A DNA stretch of 64,000 nucleotides from Ranitomeya imitator (lineage: Eukaryota), in NCBI RefSeq assembly GCF_032444005.1, contig NC_091288.1:198400001-198464000 (forward strand), given 5' to 3'. Shown piece after piece: positions 1 through 15,026 of the stretch; within the stretch, counting starts at the first letter, position 1; the number at the start of each line of letters is the position of its first letter. The notes beneath the pieces were generated by a model. The model was given only the letters and a program-made list of their open reading frames with translations. It did no database searches and had not been told where the DNA came from. A program made the position numbers and the translations under genes.

Positions 1-45
1 ATGATCAGTGCCACCACCTTCTCCCCGCAGAGCTGTATGATCAGA

Positions 46-157
46 GCACGGTGGCGCAGTGGTTAGCACAGCAGCCTTGCAGCGCTGGGGTCCTGGGTTC
101 TAATCCCACCCAGGACAACATCTGCAAAGAGTTTGTATGTTCTCTCCGTGTTTGCGT

Positions 158-188
<31 letters not shown>

Positions 189-322
189 ACATTCCAAAGA
201 CATACTGATAGGGATTCTAGATTGTGAGCCCCATCGGGGACAGTGGTGATAATGTGTGCAAAACTGTAAAGCGCTGCGGAATATGTTAGCGCTATATAAA
301 AATAAAGATTATTATTATTATT
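46..322 (+). mobile_element. tRNA-derived V-SINE-type element with L2-like 3' tail, copy 1
   Basis: A-box tggcgcagtgg, B-box-like ggttctaatcc, V-domain-like core tgtatgttctctccgtgtttgcgtgggtttcctccggg..., tail gtaaagcgc...gcgctata plus (att)5, and target duplication atcaga. Confidence 0.85.
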
Positions 323-3300
323 ATCAGAGCCACCACATTCTCCCCGCAGAGCTGTAGGATCAGAGCCATCACCTCCTCCCCGCAGAGCTGTATGATCAGT
401 GCCACCACCCTCTCCCCGCAGAGCTGTATGATCAGAGCCACCACCTACTCCCCTCAGACCTGTATGATCAGAGCCATAACCTCCTCCTCCCTGCAGAGCT
501 GTATGATCAGAGAAATCACCTCCTCCCCGGAGAGCTGTATGATCAGTGCCAACACCTTCTCCCCGCAGAGCTGTATGATCAGTGCCACCACCTCCTCCCT
601 GCAGAGCTGTATGATCAGTGCCACCACCTCCTCCCCGCAGAGCTGTATGATCAGTGCCACCACCTCCTCCCCGCAGAGCTGTATGATCAGAGCCACCTCC
701 TCCTCCCCGCAGAGCTGTATGATCAGTGCCACCACCTCCTCCCCGCAGAGCTGTATGATCAGTGCCACCTCCTCCTCCCCGCAGAGCTGTATGATCAGAG
801 CCACCACCTCCTCCCCGCAGAGCTGTATGATCAGAGACACCACCTCCTCCCTGCAGAGCTGTATGATCAGAGAAATCACCTCCTCCCCGCACAGCTGTAT
901 GATCAGTACCACCACCTCCTCCCCGCAGAGCTGTATGATCAGTGCCACCTCCTCCTCCCCGCAGAGCTGTATGATCAGAGCCACCACCTCCTCCCCGCAG
1001 AGCTGTATGATCAGAGACACCACCTCCTCCCTGCAGAGCTGTATGATCAGAGAAATCATCTCCTCCCCGCACAGCTGTATGATCAGTACCACCACCTCCT
1101 CCCCGCAGAGCTGTATGATCAGAGCCACCACCTCCTCCCCGCAGAGCTGTATGATCAGTACCACCACCTCCTCCCCGCAGAGCTGTATGATCAGTGCCAC
1201 CACCTCCTCCCCGCAGAGCTGCATGATCAGAGCCACCACCTCCTCTCCGCAGAGCTGTATGATCAGAGCCACCACCTCCTCCCTGCAGAGCTGTATGATC
1301 AGAGAAATCACCTCCTCCCCGGAGAGCCGTATGATCAGTGCCACCACCTTCTCCCCGCAGAGCTGTATGATCAGAGCCACCACATTCTCCCCGCAGAGCT
1401 GTAGGATCAGAGCCATCACCTCCTCCCCGCAGAGCTGTATGATCAGTGCCACCACCCTCTCCCCGCAGAGCTGTATGATCAGAGCCACCACCTACTCCCC
1501 TCAGACCTGTATGATCAGAGCCATAACCTCCTCCTCCCTGCAGAGCTGTATGATCAGAGAAATCACCTCCTCCCCGGAGAGCTGTATGATCAGTGCCAAC
1601 ACCTTCTCCCCGCAGAGCTGTATGATCAGTGCCACCACCTCCTCCCTGCAGAGCTGTATGATCAGTGCCACCACCTCCTCCCCGCAGAGCTGTACGATCA
1701 CTGCCACCACCTCCTCCCCGCAGAGCTGTATGATCAGTGCCACCACCTCCTCCCCGCAGAGCTGTATGATCAGTGCCACCACCTCCTCCCCGCAGAGCTG
1801 TATGATCAGTGCCACCACCTCCTCCCCGCAGAGCTGTATGATCAGTGCCACCTCCTCCTCCCCGCAGAGCTGTATGATCAGTGCCACCACCTCCTCCCCG
1901 CAGAGATGTATGATCAGAGCCACCACCTCCTCCCTGCAGAGCTGTATGATCAGAGAAATCACCTCCTCCCCGCAGAGCTGTATGATCAGTGCCACCACCT
2001 CCTCCCCGCAGAGCTGTATGATCAGTGCCACCACCTCCTCCCCGCAGAGCTGTATGATCAGTGCCACCACCTCCTCCCCGCAGAGCTGTATGATAAGTGC
2101 CACCACCTCCTCCCTGCAGAGCTGTATGATCAGAGAAATCACCTCCTCCCCGCACAGCTGTATGATCAGTGCCACCACCTCCTCCCCGCAGAGCTGTATG
2201 ATCAGTGCCACCTCCTCCTCCCCGCAGAGCTGTATGATCAGTGCCACCACCTCCTCCCCGCAGAGCTGTATCATCAGTGCCACCACCTACTCCTCCCTGC
2301 AGAGCTGTCTGATCAGAGAAATCACCTCCACCCCGCAGAGCTGTATGATCAGTGCCACCACCTTCTCCCCCGCAGAGCTGTATGATCAGAGCCACCACTT
2401 CCTCCCCGCAGAGCTGTATAATCAGTGCCACCACCTCCAACCCGCAGAGCTGTATGATCAGAGAAATCACCTCCACCCCGCAGAGCTGTATGATCAAAGC
2501 CACCACCTCCTCCCCGCAGAGCTGTATGATCAGAGCCACCACCCTCTCCCCGCAGAGCTGTATAATCAGTGCCACCACCTCCTCCCCGCAGAGCTGTATG
2601 ATCAGTGCCACCACCTCCTCCCCTCAGAGCTGTATGATCAGTGCCACCACCTCCTCCCCGCAGGGCTGTATGATCAGAGCCAACACCTCCTCCCCGCAGA
2701 GCTGTATGATCAGTACCACCACCTCCTCCCCGCAGAGCTGTATCATCAGTGCCACCACCTCCTCCCTGCAGAGCTGTATGATCAGAGAAATCACCTCCAC
2801 CCCGCAGAGCTGTATGATCAGTGCCACCACCTCCTCCCCGCAGAGCTGTATCATCAGTGCCACCACCTACTCCTCCCTGCAGAGCTGTATGATCAGAGAA
2901 ATCACCTCCACCCCGCAGAGCTGTATGATCAGTGCCACCACCTTCTCCCCCGCAGAGCTGTATGATCAGAGCCACCACTTCCTCCCCGCAGAGCTGTATA
3001 ATCAGTGCCACCACCTCCACCCCGCAGAGCTGTATGATCAGAGAAATCACCTCCACCCCGCAGAGCTGTATGATCAGAGCCACCACCTCCTCCCCGCAGA
3101 GCTGTATGATCAGAGCCACCACCCTCTCCCCGCAGAGCTGTATAATCAGTGCCACCACCAACTCCCCGCAGAGCTGTATGATCAGTGCCACCACCCTCTC
3201 CCCGCAGAGCTGTATAATCAGTGCCACCACCTCCTCCCCGCAGAGCTGTATGATCAGAGCCACCACCTCCTCCCCGCAGAGCTGTGTGATCAGAGCCACC

Positions 3301-6028
3301 ACTTCCTCCCCGCAGAGCTGTGTGATCAGAGCCACCACTTCCTCCCCGCAGAGCTGTATAATCAGTGCCACCACCTCCACCCCGCAGAGCTGTATGATCA
3401 GAGAAATCACCTCCTCCCCGCACAGCTGTATGATCAGTACCACCACCTCCTCCCCGCAGAGCTGTATGATCAGAGCCACCACCTCCTCCCCGCAGAGCTG
3501 TGTGATCAGAGCCACCACTTCCTCCCCGCAGAGCTGTATAATCAGTGCCACCACCTCCACCCCGCAGAGCTGTATGATCAGAGAAATCACCTCCACCCCG
3601 CAGAGCTGTATGATCAGAGCCACCACCTCCTCCCCGCAGAGCTGTATGATCAGTGCCACCACCTCCTCCCCGCAGAGCTGTATGATCAGTGCCACCACCT
3701 CCTCCCCGCAGAGCTGTATGATCAGTGCCACCTCCTCCTCCCCGCAGAGCTGTATGATCAGTGCCACCACCTCCTCCCCGCATAGCTGTATGATCAGAGC
3801 CACCACCTTCTCCCCGCAGAGCTGTATGATCAGAGCCACCACCTCCTCCCCGCAGAGCTGTATGATCAGTGCCACCACCTCCTCCCCGCAGAGCTGTATG
3901 ATCAGTGCCACCACCTCCTCCCCGCAGAGCTGTATGATCAGTGCCACCTCCTCCTCCCCGCAGAGCTGTATGATCAGTGCCACCGCCTCCTCCCCGCAGA
4001 GCTGTATGATCAGTGCCACCACCTCCTCCCCGCAGAGCTGTATGATCAGTGCCACCACCTCCTCCCCGCAGAGCTGTATGATCAGTGCCACCTCCTCCTA
4101 CCCGCAGAGCTGTATGATCAGAGCCACCACCTCCTCCCCGCAGAGCTGTATGATCAGAGCCACCACCTCCTCCCTGCAGAGCTGTATGATCAGAGAAATC
4201 ACCTCCTCCCCGCACAGCTGTATGATCAGTGCCACCACCTCCTCCCCGCAGAGCTGTATGATCAGTGCCACCACCTCCTCCCCGCAGAGCTGTATGATCA
4301 GTGCCACCATCTCCTCCCCGCAGAGCTGTATGATCAGTGCCACCTCCTCGTCCCCGCAGAGCTGTATGATCAGAGCCACCACCTCCTCCCCGCAGAGCTG
4401 TATGATCAGAGCCACCACCTCCTCCCTGCAGAGCTGTATGATCAGAGAAATCACCTCCTCCCCGCAGAGCTGTATGATCAGTGCCACCACCTCATCCCCG
4501 CAGAGCTGTATGATCATTGCCACCACCTCCTCCCCGCAGAGCTGTATGATCAGTGCCACCACCTCATCCCCGCAGAGCTGTATGATCAGTGCCACCACCT
4601 CCTCCCCGCAGAGCTGTATGATCAGTGCCACCTCCTCCTCCCCGCAGAGCTGTATGATCAGTGCCACCACCTCCTCCCCGCAGAGCTGTATGATCAGTGC
4701 CACCACCTCCTCCCCGCAGAGCTGTATGATCAGTGCCACCACCTCCTCCCCGCAGAGCTGTATGATCAGTGCCACCTCCTCCTCCCCGCAGAGCTGTATG
4801 ATCAGAGCCACCACCTCCTCCCCGCAGAGCTGTATGATCAGAGAAATCACCTCCTCCCCGCAGAGCTGTATGATCAGTACCACAACCTCCTCCCCGCAGA
4901 GCTGTATGATCAGAGCCACCACCTCCTCCCCGCAGAGCTGTATGATCAGTGCCACCACCTCCTCCCCGCACAGCTGTATGATCAGTGCCACCACCTCCTC
5001 CCCGCAGAGCTGCATGATCAGAGCCACCACCTCCTCCCCGCAGAGCTGTATGATCAGAGCCACCACCTCCTCCCTGCAGAGCTGTATGATCAGAGAAATC
5101 ACCTCCTCCCCGGAGAGCCGTATGATCAGTGCCACCACCTTCTCCCCGCAGAGCTGTATGATCAGAGCCACCACTTCCTCCCCGCAGAGCTGTATAATCA
5201 GTGCCACCACCTCCACCCCGCAGAGCTGTATGATCAGAGCCACCACCTCCTCCCTGCAGATCTGTATGATCAGAGAAATCACCTCCTCCCCGGAGAGCCG
5301 TATGATCAGTGCCACCACCTTCTCCCCGCAGAGCTGTATGATCAGAGCCACGACTTCCTCCCCGCAGAGCTGTATGATCAGAGAAATCACCTCCACCCCG
5401 CAGAGCTGTATGATCAGAGCCACCACCTCCTCCCCGCAGAGCTGTATGATCAGAGCCACCACCCTCTCCCCGCAGAGCTGTATAATCAGTGCCAACACCT
5501 TCTCCCCGCAGAGCTGTATGATCAGTGCCACCACCACTCCCCGCAGAGCTGTATGATCAGTGCCACCACCCTCTCCCCGCAGAGCTGTATGATCAGTGCC
5601 ACCACCCTCCCCCGCAGAGCTGTATGATCAGAGCCACCACCTCCTCCCCGCAGAGCTGTATGATCAGAGACACCACCTCCTCCCTGCAGAGCTGTATGAT
5701 CAGAGAAATCACCTCCTCCCCGGAGAGCTGTATGATCAGTGCCAACACCTTCTCCCCGCAGAGCTGTATGATCAGTGCCACCACCTCCTCCCCGCAGAGC
5801 TGTATGATCAGTGCCACCACCTCCTCCCCGCAGAGCTGTATGATCAGTGCCACCACCTCCTCCCCGCAGAGCTGTATGATCAGTGCCACCACCTCCTCCC
5901 CGCAGAGCTGTATGATCAGTGCCACCACCTCCTCCCCGCAGAGCTGTATGATCAGTGCCACCACCTCCTCCCCGGAGAGCCGTATGATCAGTGCCACCAC
6001 CTTCTCCCCGCAGAGCTGTATGATCAGA

Positions 6029-6140
6029 GCACGGTGGCGCAGTGGTTAGCACAGCAGCCTTGCAGCGCTGGGGTCCTGGGTTCTAATCCCACCCAGGACA
6101 ACATCTGCAAAGAGTTTGTATGTTCTCTCCGTGTTTGCGT

Positions 6141-6171
<31 letters not shown>

Positions 6172-6305
6172 ACATTCCAAAGACATACTGATAGGGATTC
6201 TAGATTGTGAGCCCCATCGGGGACAGTGGTGATAATGTGTGCAAAACTGTAAAGCGCTGCGGAATATGTTAGCGCTATATAAAAATAAAGATTATTATTA
6301 TTATT
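6029..6305 (+). mobile_element. V-SINE copy 2
   Basis: Same sequence and flanks as copy 1, offset 5983 bp. Confidence 0.85.
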
Positions 6306-9300
6306 ATCAGAGCCACCACATTCTCCCCGCAGAGCTGTAGGATCAGAGCCATCACCTCCTCCCCGCAGAGCTGTATGATCAGTGCCACCACCCTCTCCCC
6401 GCAGAGCTGTATGATCAGAGCCACCACCTACTCCCCTCAGACCTGTATGATCAGAGCCATAACCTCCTCCTCCCTGCAGAGCTGTATGATCAGAGAAATC
6501 ACCTCCTCCCCGGAGAGCTGTATGATCAGTGCCAACACCTTCTCCCCGCAGAGCTGTATGATCAGTGCCACCACCTCCTCCCTGCAGAGCTGTATGATCA
6601 GTGCCACCACCTCCTCCCCGCAGAGCTGTATGATCAGTGCCACCACCTCCTCCCCGCAGAGCTGTATGATCAGAGCCACCTCCTCCTCCCCGCAGAGCTG
6701 TATGATCAGTGCCACCACCTCCTCCCCGCAGAGCTGTATGATCAGTGCCACCTCCTCCTCCCCGCAGAGCTGTATGATCAGAGCCACCACCTCCTCCCCG
6801 CAGAGCTGTATGATCAGAGACACCACCTCCTCCCTGCAGAGCTGTATGATCAGAGAAATCACCTCCTCCCCGCACAGCTGTATGATCAGTACCACCACCT
6901 CCTCCCCGCAGAGCTGTATGATCAGTGCCACCTCCTCCTCCCCGCAGAGCTGTATGATCAGAGCCACCACCTCCTCCCCGCAGAGCTGTATGATCAGAGA
7001 CACCACCTCCTCCCTGCAGAGCTGTATGATCAGAGAAATCATCTCCTCCCCGCACAGCTGTATGATCAGTACCACCACCTCCTCCCCGCAGAGCTGTATG
7101 ATCAGAGCCACCACCTCCTCCCCGCAGAGCTGTATGATCAGTACCACCACCTCCTCCCCGCAGAGCTGTATGATCAGTGCCACCACCTCCTCCCCGCAGA
7201 GCTGCATGATCAGAGCCACCACCTCCTCTCCGCAGAGCTGTATGATCAGAGCCACCACCTCCTCCCTGCAGAGCTGTATGATCAGAGAAATCACCTCCTC
7301 CCCGGAGAGCCGTATGATCAGTGCCACCACCTTCTCCCCGCAGAGCTGTATGATCAGAGCCACCACATTCTCCCCGCAGAGCTGTAGGATCAGAGCCATC
7401 ACCTCCTCCCCGCAGAGCTGTATGATCAGTGCCACCACCCTCTCCCCGCAGAGCTGTATGATCAGAGCCACCACCTACTCCCCTCAGACCTGTATGATCA
7501 GAGCCATAACCTCCTCCTCCCTGCAGAGCTGTATGATCAGAGAAATCACCTCCTCCCCGGAGAGCTGTATGATCAGTGCCAACACCTTCTCCCCGCAGAG
7601 CTGTATGATCAGTGCCACCACCTCCTCCCTGCAGAGCTGTATGATCAGTGCCACCACCTCCTCCCCGCAGAGCTGTACGATCACTGCCACCACCTCCTCC
7701 CCGCAGAGCTGTATGATCAGTGCCACCACCTCCTCCCCGCAGAGCTGTATGATCAGTGCCACCACCTCCTCCCCGCAGAGCTGTATGATCAGTGCCACCA
7801 CCTCCTCCCCGCAGAGCTGTATGATCAGTGCCACCTCCTCCTCCCCGCAGAGCTGTATGATCAGTGCCACCACCTCCTCCCCGCAGAGATGTATGATCAG
7901 AGCCACCACCTCCTCCCTGCAGAGCTGTATGATCAGAGAAATCACCTCCTCCCCGCAGAGCTGTATGATCAGTGCCACCACCTCCTCCCCGCAGAGCTGT
8001 ATGATCAGTGCCACCACCTCCTCCCCGCAGAGCTGTATGATCAGTGCCACCACCTCCTCCCCGCAGAGCTGTATGATAAGTGCCACCACCTCCTCCCTGC
8101 AGAGCTGTATGATCAGAGAAATCACCTCCTCCCCGCACAGCTGTATGATCAGTGCCACCACCTCCTCCCCGCAGAGCTGTATGATCAGTGCCACCTCCTC
8201 CTCCCCGCAGAGCTGTATGATCAGTGCCACCACCTCCTCCCCGCAGAGCTGTATCATCAGTGCCACCACCTACTCCTCCCTGCAGAGCTGTCTGATCAGA
8301 GAAATCACCTCCACCCCGCAGAGCTGTATGATCAGTGCCACCACCTTCTCCCCCGCAGAGCTGTATGATCAGAGCCACCACTTCCTCCCCGCAGAGCTGT
8401 ATAATCAGTGCCACCACCTCCAACCCGCAGAGCTGTATGATCAGAGAAATCACCTCCACCCCGCAGAGCTGTATGATCAAAGCCACCACCTCCTCCCCGC
8501 AGAGCTGTATGATCAGAGCCACCACCCTCTCCCCGCAGAGCTGTATAATCAGTGCCACCACCTCCTCCCCGCAGAGCTGTATGATCAGTGCCACCACCTC
8601 CTCCCCTCAGAGCTGTATGATCAGTGCCACCACCTCCTCCCCGCAGGGCTGTATGATCAGTGCCACCTCCTCCTCCCCGCAGAGCTGTATGATCAGAGAA
8701 ATCACCTCCACCCCGCAGAGCTGTATGATCAGTGCCACCACCTCCTCCCCGCAGAGCTGTATCATCAGTGCCACCACCTACTCCTCCCTGCAGAGCTGTA
8801 TGATCAGAGAAATCACCTCCACCCCGCAGAGCTGTATGATCAGTGCCACCACCTTCTCCCCCGCAGAGCTGTATGATCAGAGCCACCACTTCCTCCCCGC
8901 AGAGCTGTATAATCAGTGCCACCACCTCCACCCCGCAGAGCTGTATGATCAGAGAAATCACCTCCACCCCGCAGAGCTGTATGATCAGAGCCACCACCTC
9001 CTCCCCGCAGAGCTGTATGATCAGAGCCACCACCCTCTCCCCGCAGAGCTGTATAATCAGTGCCACCACCTCCTCCCCGCAGAGCTGTATGATCAGTGCC
9101 ACCACCTCCTCCCCGCAGAGCTGTATGATCAGTGCCACCACCTCCTCCCCGCAGAGCTGTATGATCAGAGCCACCACCTCCTCCCTGCAGAGCTGTATGA
9201 TCAGAGAAATCACCTCCTCCCCGCACAGCTGTATGATCAGTACCACCACCTCCTCCCCGCAGAGCAGCATGATCAGAGCCACCACCTCCTCCCCGCAGAG

Positions 9301-12300
9301 TTGTATGATCAGTGCCACCACCTCCTCCCCGCAGAGCTGTATGATCAGTGCCACCTCCTCCTCCCCGCAGAGCTGTATGATCAGAGAAATCACCTCCACC
9401 CCGCAGAGCTGTATGATCAGTGCCACCACCTCCTCCCCGCAGAGCTGTATCATCAGTGCCACCACCTACTCCTCCCTGCAGAGCTGTATGATCAGAGAAA
9501 TCACCTCCACCCCGCAGAGCTGTATGATCAGAGCCACCACCTCCTCCCCGCAGAGCTGTATGATCAGAGCCACCACCCTCTCCCCGCAGAGCTGTATAAT
9601 CAGTGCCACCACCTCCTCCCCGCAGAGCTGTATGATCAGTGCCACCACCTCCTCCCCGTAGAGCTGTATGATCAGTGCCACCACCTCCTCCCCGCAGAGC
9701 TGTATGATCAGTGCCACCTCCTCCTCCCCGCAGAGCTGTATGATCAGAGCCACCTCCTCCTCCCCGCAGAGCTGTATGATCAGTGCCACCACCTCCTCCC
9801 CGCAGAGCTGTATGATCAGTGCCACCACCTCCTCCCCGCAGAGCTGTATGATCAGTGCCACCACCTCCTCCCCGCAGAGCTGTATGATCAGTGCCACCTC
9901 CTCCTCCCCGCAGAGCTGTATGATCAGAGCCACCACCTCCTCCCCGCAGAGCTGTATGATCAGAGCCACCACCTCCTCCCTGCAGAGCTGTATGATCAGA
10001 GAAATCACCTCCTCCCCGCACAGCTGTATGATCAGTACCACCACCTCCTCCCCGCAGAGCTGTATGATCAGAGCCACCACCTCCTCCCCGCAGAGCTGTA
10101 TGATCAGAGCCACCACTTCCTCCCTGCAGAGCTGTATGATCAGAGAAATCACCTCCTCCCCGCAGAGCTGTATGATCAGTGCCACCACCTCCTCCCCGCA
10201 GAGCTGTATGATCAGTGCCACCACCTCCTCCCCGCAGAGCTGTATGATCAGTGCCACCACCTCCTCCCCGCAGAGCTGTATGATCAGTGCCACCACCTCC
10301 TCCCTGCAGAGCTGTATGATCAGAGCCACCACATTCTCCCCGCAGAGCTGTAGGATCAGAGCCATCACCTCCTCCTCGCAGAGCTGTATGATCAGTGCCA
10401 CCACCCTCTCCCCGCAGAGCTGTATGATCAGAGCCACCACCTACTCCCCTCAGACCTGTATGATCAGAGCCATAACCTCCTCCTCCCTGCAGAGCTGTAT
10501 GATCAGAGAAATCACCTCCTCCCCGGAGAGCTGTATGATCAGTGCCAACACCTTCTCCCCGCAGAGCTGTATGATCAGTGCCACCACCTCCTCCCTCCAG
10601 AGCTGTATGATCAGTGCCACCACCTCCTCCCCGCAGAGCTGTACGATCAGTGCCACCACCTCCTCCCCGCAGAGCTGTATGATCAGTGCCACCACCTCCT
10701 CCCCGCAGAGCTGTATGATCAGTGCCACCACCTCCTCCCCGCAGAGCTGTATGATCAGTGCCACCACCTCCTCCCCGCAGAGCTGTATGATCAGTGCCAC
10801 CTCCTCCTCCCCGCAGAGCTGTATGATCAGTGCCACCACCTCCTCCCCGCAGAGCTGTATCATCAGTGCCACCACCTACTCCTCCCTGCAGAGCTGTATG
10901 ATCAGAGAAATCACCTCCACCCCGCAGAGCTGTATGATCAGTGCCACCACCTCCTCCCTGCAGAGCTGTATGATCAGAGCCACCACATTCTCCCCGCAGA
11001 GCTGTAGGATCAGAGCCATCACCTCCTCCCCGCAGAGCTGTATGATCAGTGCCACCACCCTCTCCCCGCAGAGCTGTATGATCAGAGCCACCACCTACTC
11101 CCCTCAGACCTGTATGATCAGAGCCATAACCTCCTCCTCCCTGCAGAGCTGTATGATCAGAGAAATCACCTCCTCCCCGGAGAGCTGTATGATCAGTGCC
11201 ACCTCCTCCTCCCCGCAGAGCTGTATGATCAGTGCCACCACCTCCTCCCCGCAGAGCTGTATGATCAGTGCCACCACCTCCTCCCCGCAGAGCTGTATGA
11301 TCAGTGCCACCTCCTCCTCCCCGCAGAGCTGTATGATCAGTGCCACCACCTCCTCCCCGCAGAGCTGTATGATCAGTGCCACCACCTCCTCCCCGCAGAG
11401 CTGTATGATCAGTGCCACCTCCTCCTCCCCGCAGAGCTGTATAATCAGAGCCACCTCCTCCTCCCCGCAGAGCTGTATGATCAGTGCCACCACCTCCTCC
11501 CCGCAGAGCTGTATGATCAGTGCCATCACCTCCTCCCCGCAGAGATGTATGATCAGAGCCACCACCTCCTCCCTGCAGAGCTGTATGATCAGAGAAATCA
11601 CCTCCTCCCCGCAGAGCTGTATGATCAGTGCCACCAGCTCTTCCCCGCAGAGCTGTATGATCAGTGCCACCACCTCCTCCCCGCAGAGCTGTATGATCAG
11701 TGCCACCACCTCCTCCCCGCAGAGCTGTATGATCAGTGCCACCACCTCCTCCCTGCAGAGCTGTATGATCAGATCCACCACCTCCTCCCCGCACAGCTGT
11801 ATGATCAGTGCCACCACCTCCTCCCCGCAGAGCTGTATGATCAGTGCCACCTCCTCCTCCCCGCAGAGCTGTATGATCAGTGCCACCACCTCCTCCCCGC
11901 AGAGCTGTATCATCAGTGCCACCACCTACTCCTCCCTGCAGAGCTGTATGATCAGAGAAATCACCTCCACCCCGCAGAGCTGTATGATCAGTGCCACCAC
12001 CTTCTCCCCCGCAGAGCTGTATGATCAGAGCCACCACTTCCTCCCCGCAGAGCTGTATAATCAGTGCCACCACCTCCACCCCGCAGAGCTGTATGATCAG
12101 AGAAATCACCTCCACCCCGCAGAGCTGTATGATCAGAGCCACCACCTCCTCCCCGCAGAGCTGTATGATCAGAGCCACCACCCTCTCCCCGCAGAGCTGT
12201 ATAATCAGTGCCACCACCTCCTCCCCGCAGAGCTGTATGATCAGTGCCACCACCTCCTCCCCGCAGAGCTGTATGATCAGTGCCACCACCTCCTCCCCGC

Positions 12301-14333
12301 AGGGCTGTATGATCAGTGCCACCTCCTCCTCCCCGCAGAGCTGTATGATCAGAGAAATCACCTCCACCCCGCAGAGCTGTATGATCAGTGCCACCACCTC
12401 CTCCCCGCAGAGCTGTATCATCAGTGCCACCACCTACTCCTCCCTGCAGAGCTGTATGATCAGAGAAATCACCTCCACCCCGCAGAGCTGTATGATCATT
12501 GCCACCACCTTCTCCCCGCAGAGCTGTATGATCAGTGCCACCTCCTCCTCCCCGCAGAGCTGTATGATCAGAGAAATCACCTCCACCCCGCAGAGCTGTA
12601 TGATCAGTGCCACCACCTCCTCCCCGCAGAGCTGTATCATCAGTGCCACCACCTACTCCTCCCTGCAGAGCTGTATGATCAGAGAAATCACCTCCACCCC
12701 GCAGAGCTGTATGATCAGAGCCACCACCTCCTCCCCGCAGAGCTGTATGATCAGAGCCACCACCCTCTCCCCGCAGAGCTGTATAATCAGTGCCACCACC
12801 TCCTCCCCGCAGAGCTGTATGATCAGTGCCACCACCTCCTCCCCGCAGAGCTGTATGATCAGTGCCACCACCTCCTCCCCGCAGAGCTGTATGATCAGTG
12901 CGACCTCCTCCTCCCCGCAGAGCTGTATGATCAGAGCCACCTCCTCCTCCCCGCAGAGCTGTATGATCAGTGCCACCACCTCCTCCCCGCAGAGCTGTAT
13001 GATCAGTGCCACCACCTCCTCCCCGCAGAGCTGTATGATCAGTGCCACCACCTCCTCCCCGCAGAGCTGTATGATCAGTGCCACCTCCTCCTCCCCGCAG
13101 AGCTGTATGATCAGAGCCACCACCTCCTCCCCGCAGAGCTGTATGATCAGAGCCACCACCTCCTCCCTGCAGAGCTGTATGATCAGAGAAATCACCTCCT
13201 CCCCGCACAGCTGTATGATCAGTACCACCACCTCCTCCCCGCAGAGCTGTATGATCAGAGCCACCACCTCCTCCCCGCAGAGCTGTATGATCAGAGCCAC
13301 CACCTCCTCCCTGCAGAGCTGTATGATCAGAGAAATCACCTCCTCCCCGCAGAGCTGTATGATCAGTGCCACCACCTCCTCCCCGCAGAGCTGTATGATC
13401 AGTGCCACCACCTCCTCCCCGCAGAGCTGTATGATCAGTGCCACCACCTCCTCCCCGCAGAGCTGTATGATCAGTGCCACCACCTCCTCCCTGCAGAGCT
13501 GTATGATCAGAGCCACCACCTCCTCCCCGCAGACCTGTATGATCAGTGCCTCCACCTCCTCCCCGCAGAGCTGTATGATCAGTGCCACCACCCTCTCCCC
13601 GCAGAGCTGTATGATCAGAGCCACCACCTACTCCCCTCAGACCTGTATGATCAGAGCCATAACCTCCTCCTCCCTGCAGAGCTGTATGATCAGAGAAATC
13701 ACCTCCTCCCCGGAGAGCTGTATGATCAGTGCCAACACCTTCTCCCCGCAGAGCTGTATGATCAGTGCCACCACCTCCTCCCTGCAGAGCTGTATGATCA
13801 GTGCCACCACCTCCTCCCCGCAGAGCTGTACGATCAGTGCCACCACCTCCTCCCCGCAGAGCTGTATGATCAGTGCCACCACCTCCTCCCCGCAGAGCTG
13901 TATGATCAGTGCCACCACCTCCTCCCCGCAGAGCTGTATGATCAGTGCCACCACCTCCTCCCCGCAGAGCTGTATGATCAGTGCCACCTCCTCCTCCCCG
14001 CAGAGCTGTATGATCAGTGCCACCACCTCCTCCCCGCAGAGCTGTATCATCAGTGCCACCACCTACTCCTCCCTGCAGAGCTGTATGATCAGAGAAATCA
14101 CCTCCACCCCGCAGAGCTGTATGATCAGTGCCACCACCTCCTCCCCGCAGAGCTGTATGATCGGTTTTCCTACTTGTAATGTTTTTAATATAACTGATGC
14201 TGGGCGCAGTCTCAGGATGGGGGGTTTGTGTGATCTGACGATAATGTGGGAGCTGCACTGTACAGCGCTATACACGGGGACATTTCAACGCAGATACATC
14301 AGCTGCTCCAGCAGCGGCAAATGAGTGATCTGA

Positions 14334-14981
<648 letters not shown>

Positions 14982-15010
14982 ATCTGCCCCGGCTGCGACC
15001 ACAACACAAA

Positions 15011-15026
15011 GGCTCTTTTCAGAGCC
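15011..15026 (+). terminator. Histone 3' stem-loop (H3)
   Basis: ggctct-tttc-agagcc followed by acca. Confidence 0.97.

Larger units (their letters stand above)
1..14162 (+). repeat. 36-bp minisatellite array derived from the histone H1 3' processing region (array of upstream unit; starts before the window)
   Basis: Consensus ag(t/a)gccaccacctcctccccgcagagctgtatgatc. The 12-aa periodicity in all ORF frames gives a 36-bp unit. The array ends at ...gtatgatc|ggttttcc (14162). About 375 units estimated from length. Confidence 0.98.

Noticed and set aside
46-130. tRNA gene (A/B boxes)
   Set aside because: It is the head of a SINE with a V-domain and LINE tail, has a degenerate B box, and shows no complete cloverleaf.
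1-14162. CRISPR-like 36-bp repeat
   Set aside because: Units are head-to-tail with no unique spacers, there are no cas genes, and the context is eukaryotic.
41-14324. Many long ORFs (GGGGGTDHTALR, MISATTSSPQSC, PAELYDQCHHLL, VVALIIQLCGEE repeats)
   Set aside because: They arise from a 36-bp unit that is stop-free in several frames on both strands at once. Frame switches follow repeat indels, and there is no promoter or domain evidence.
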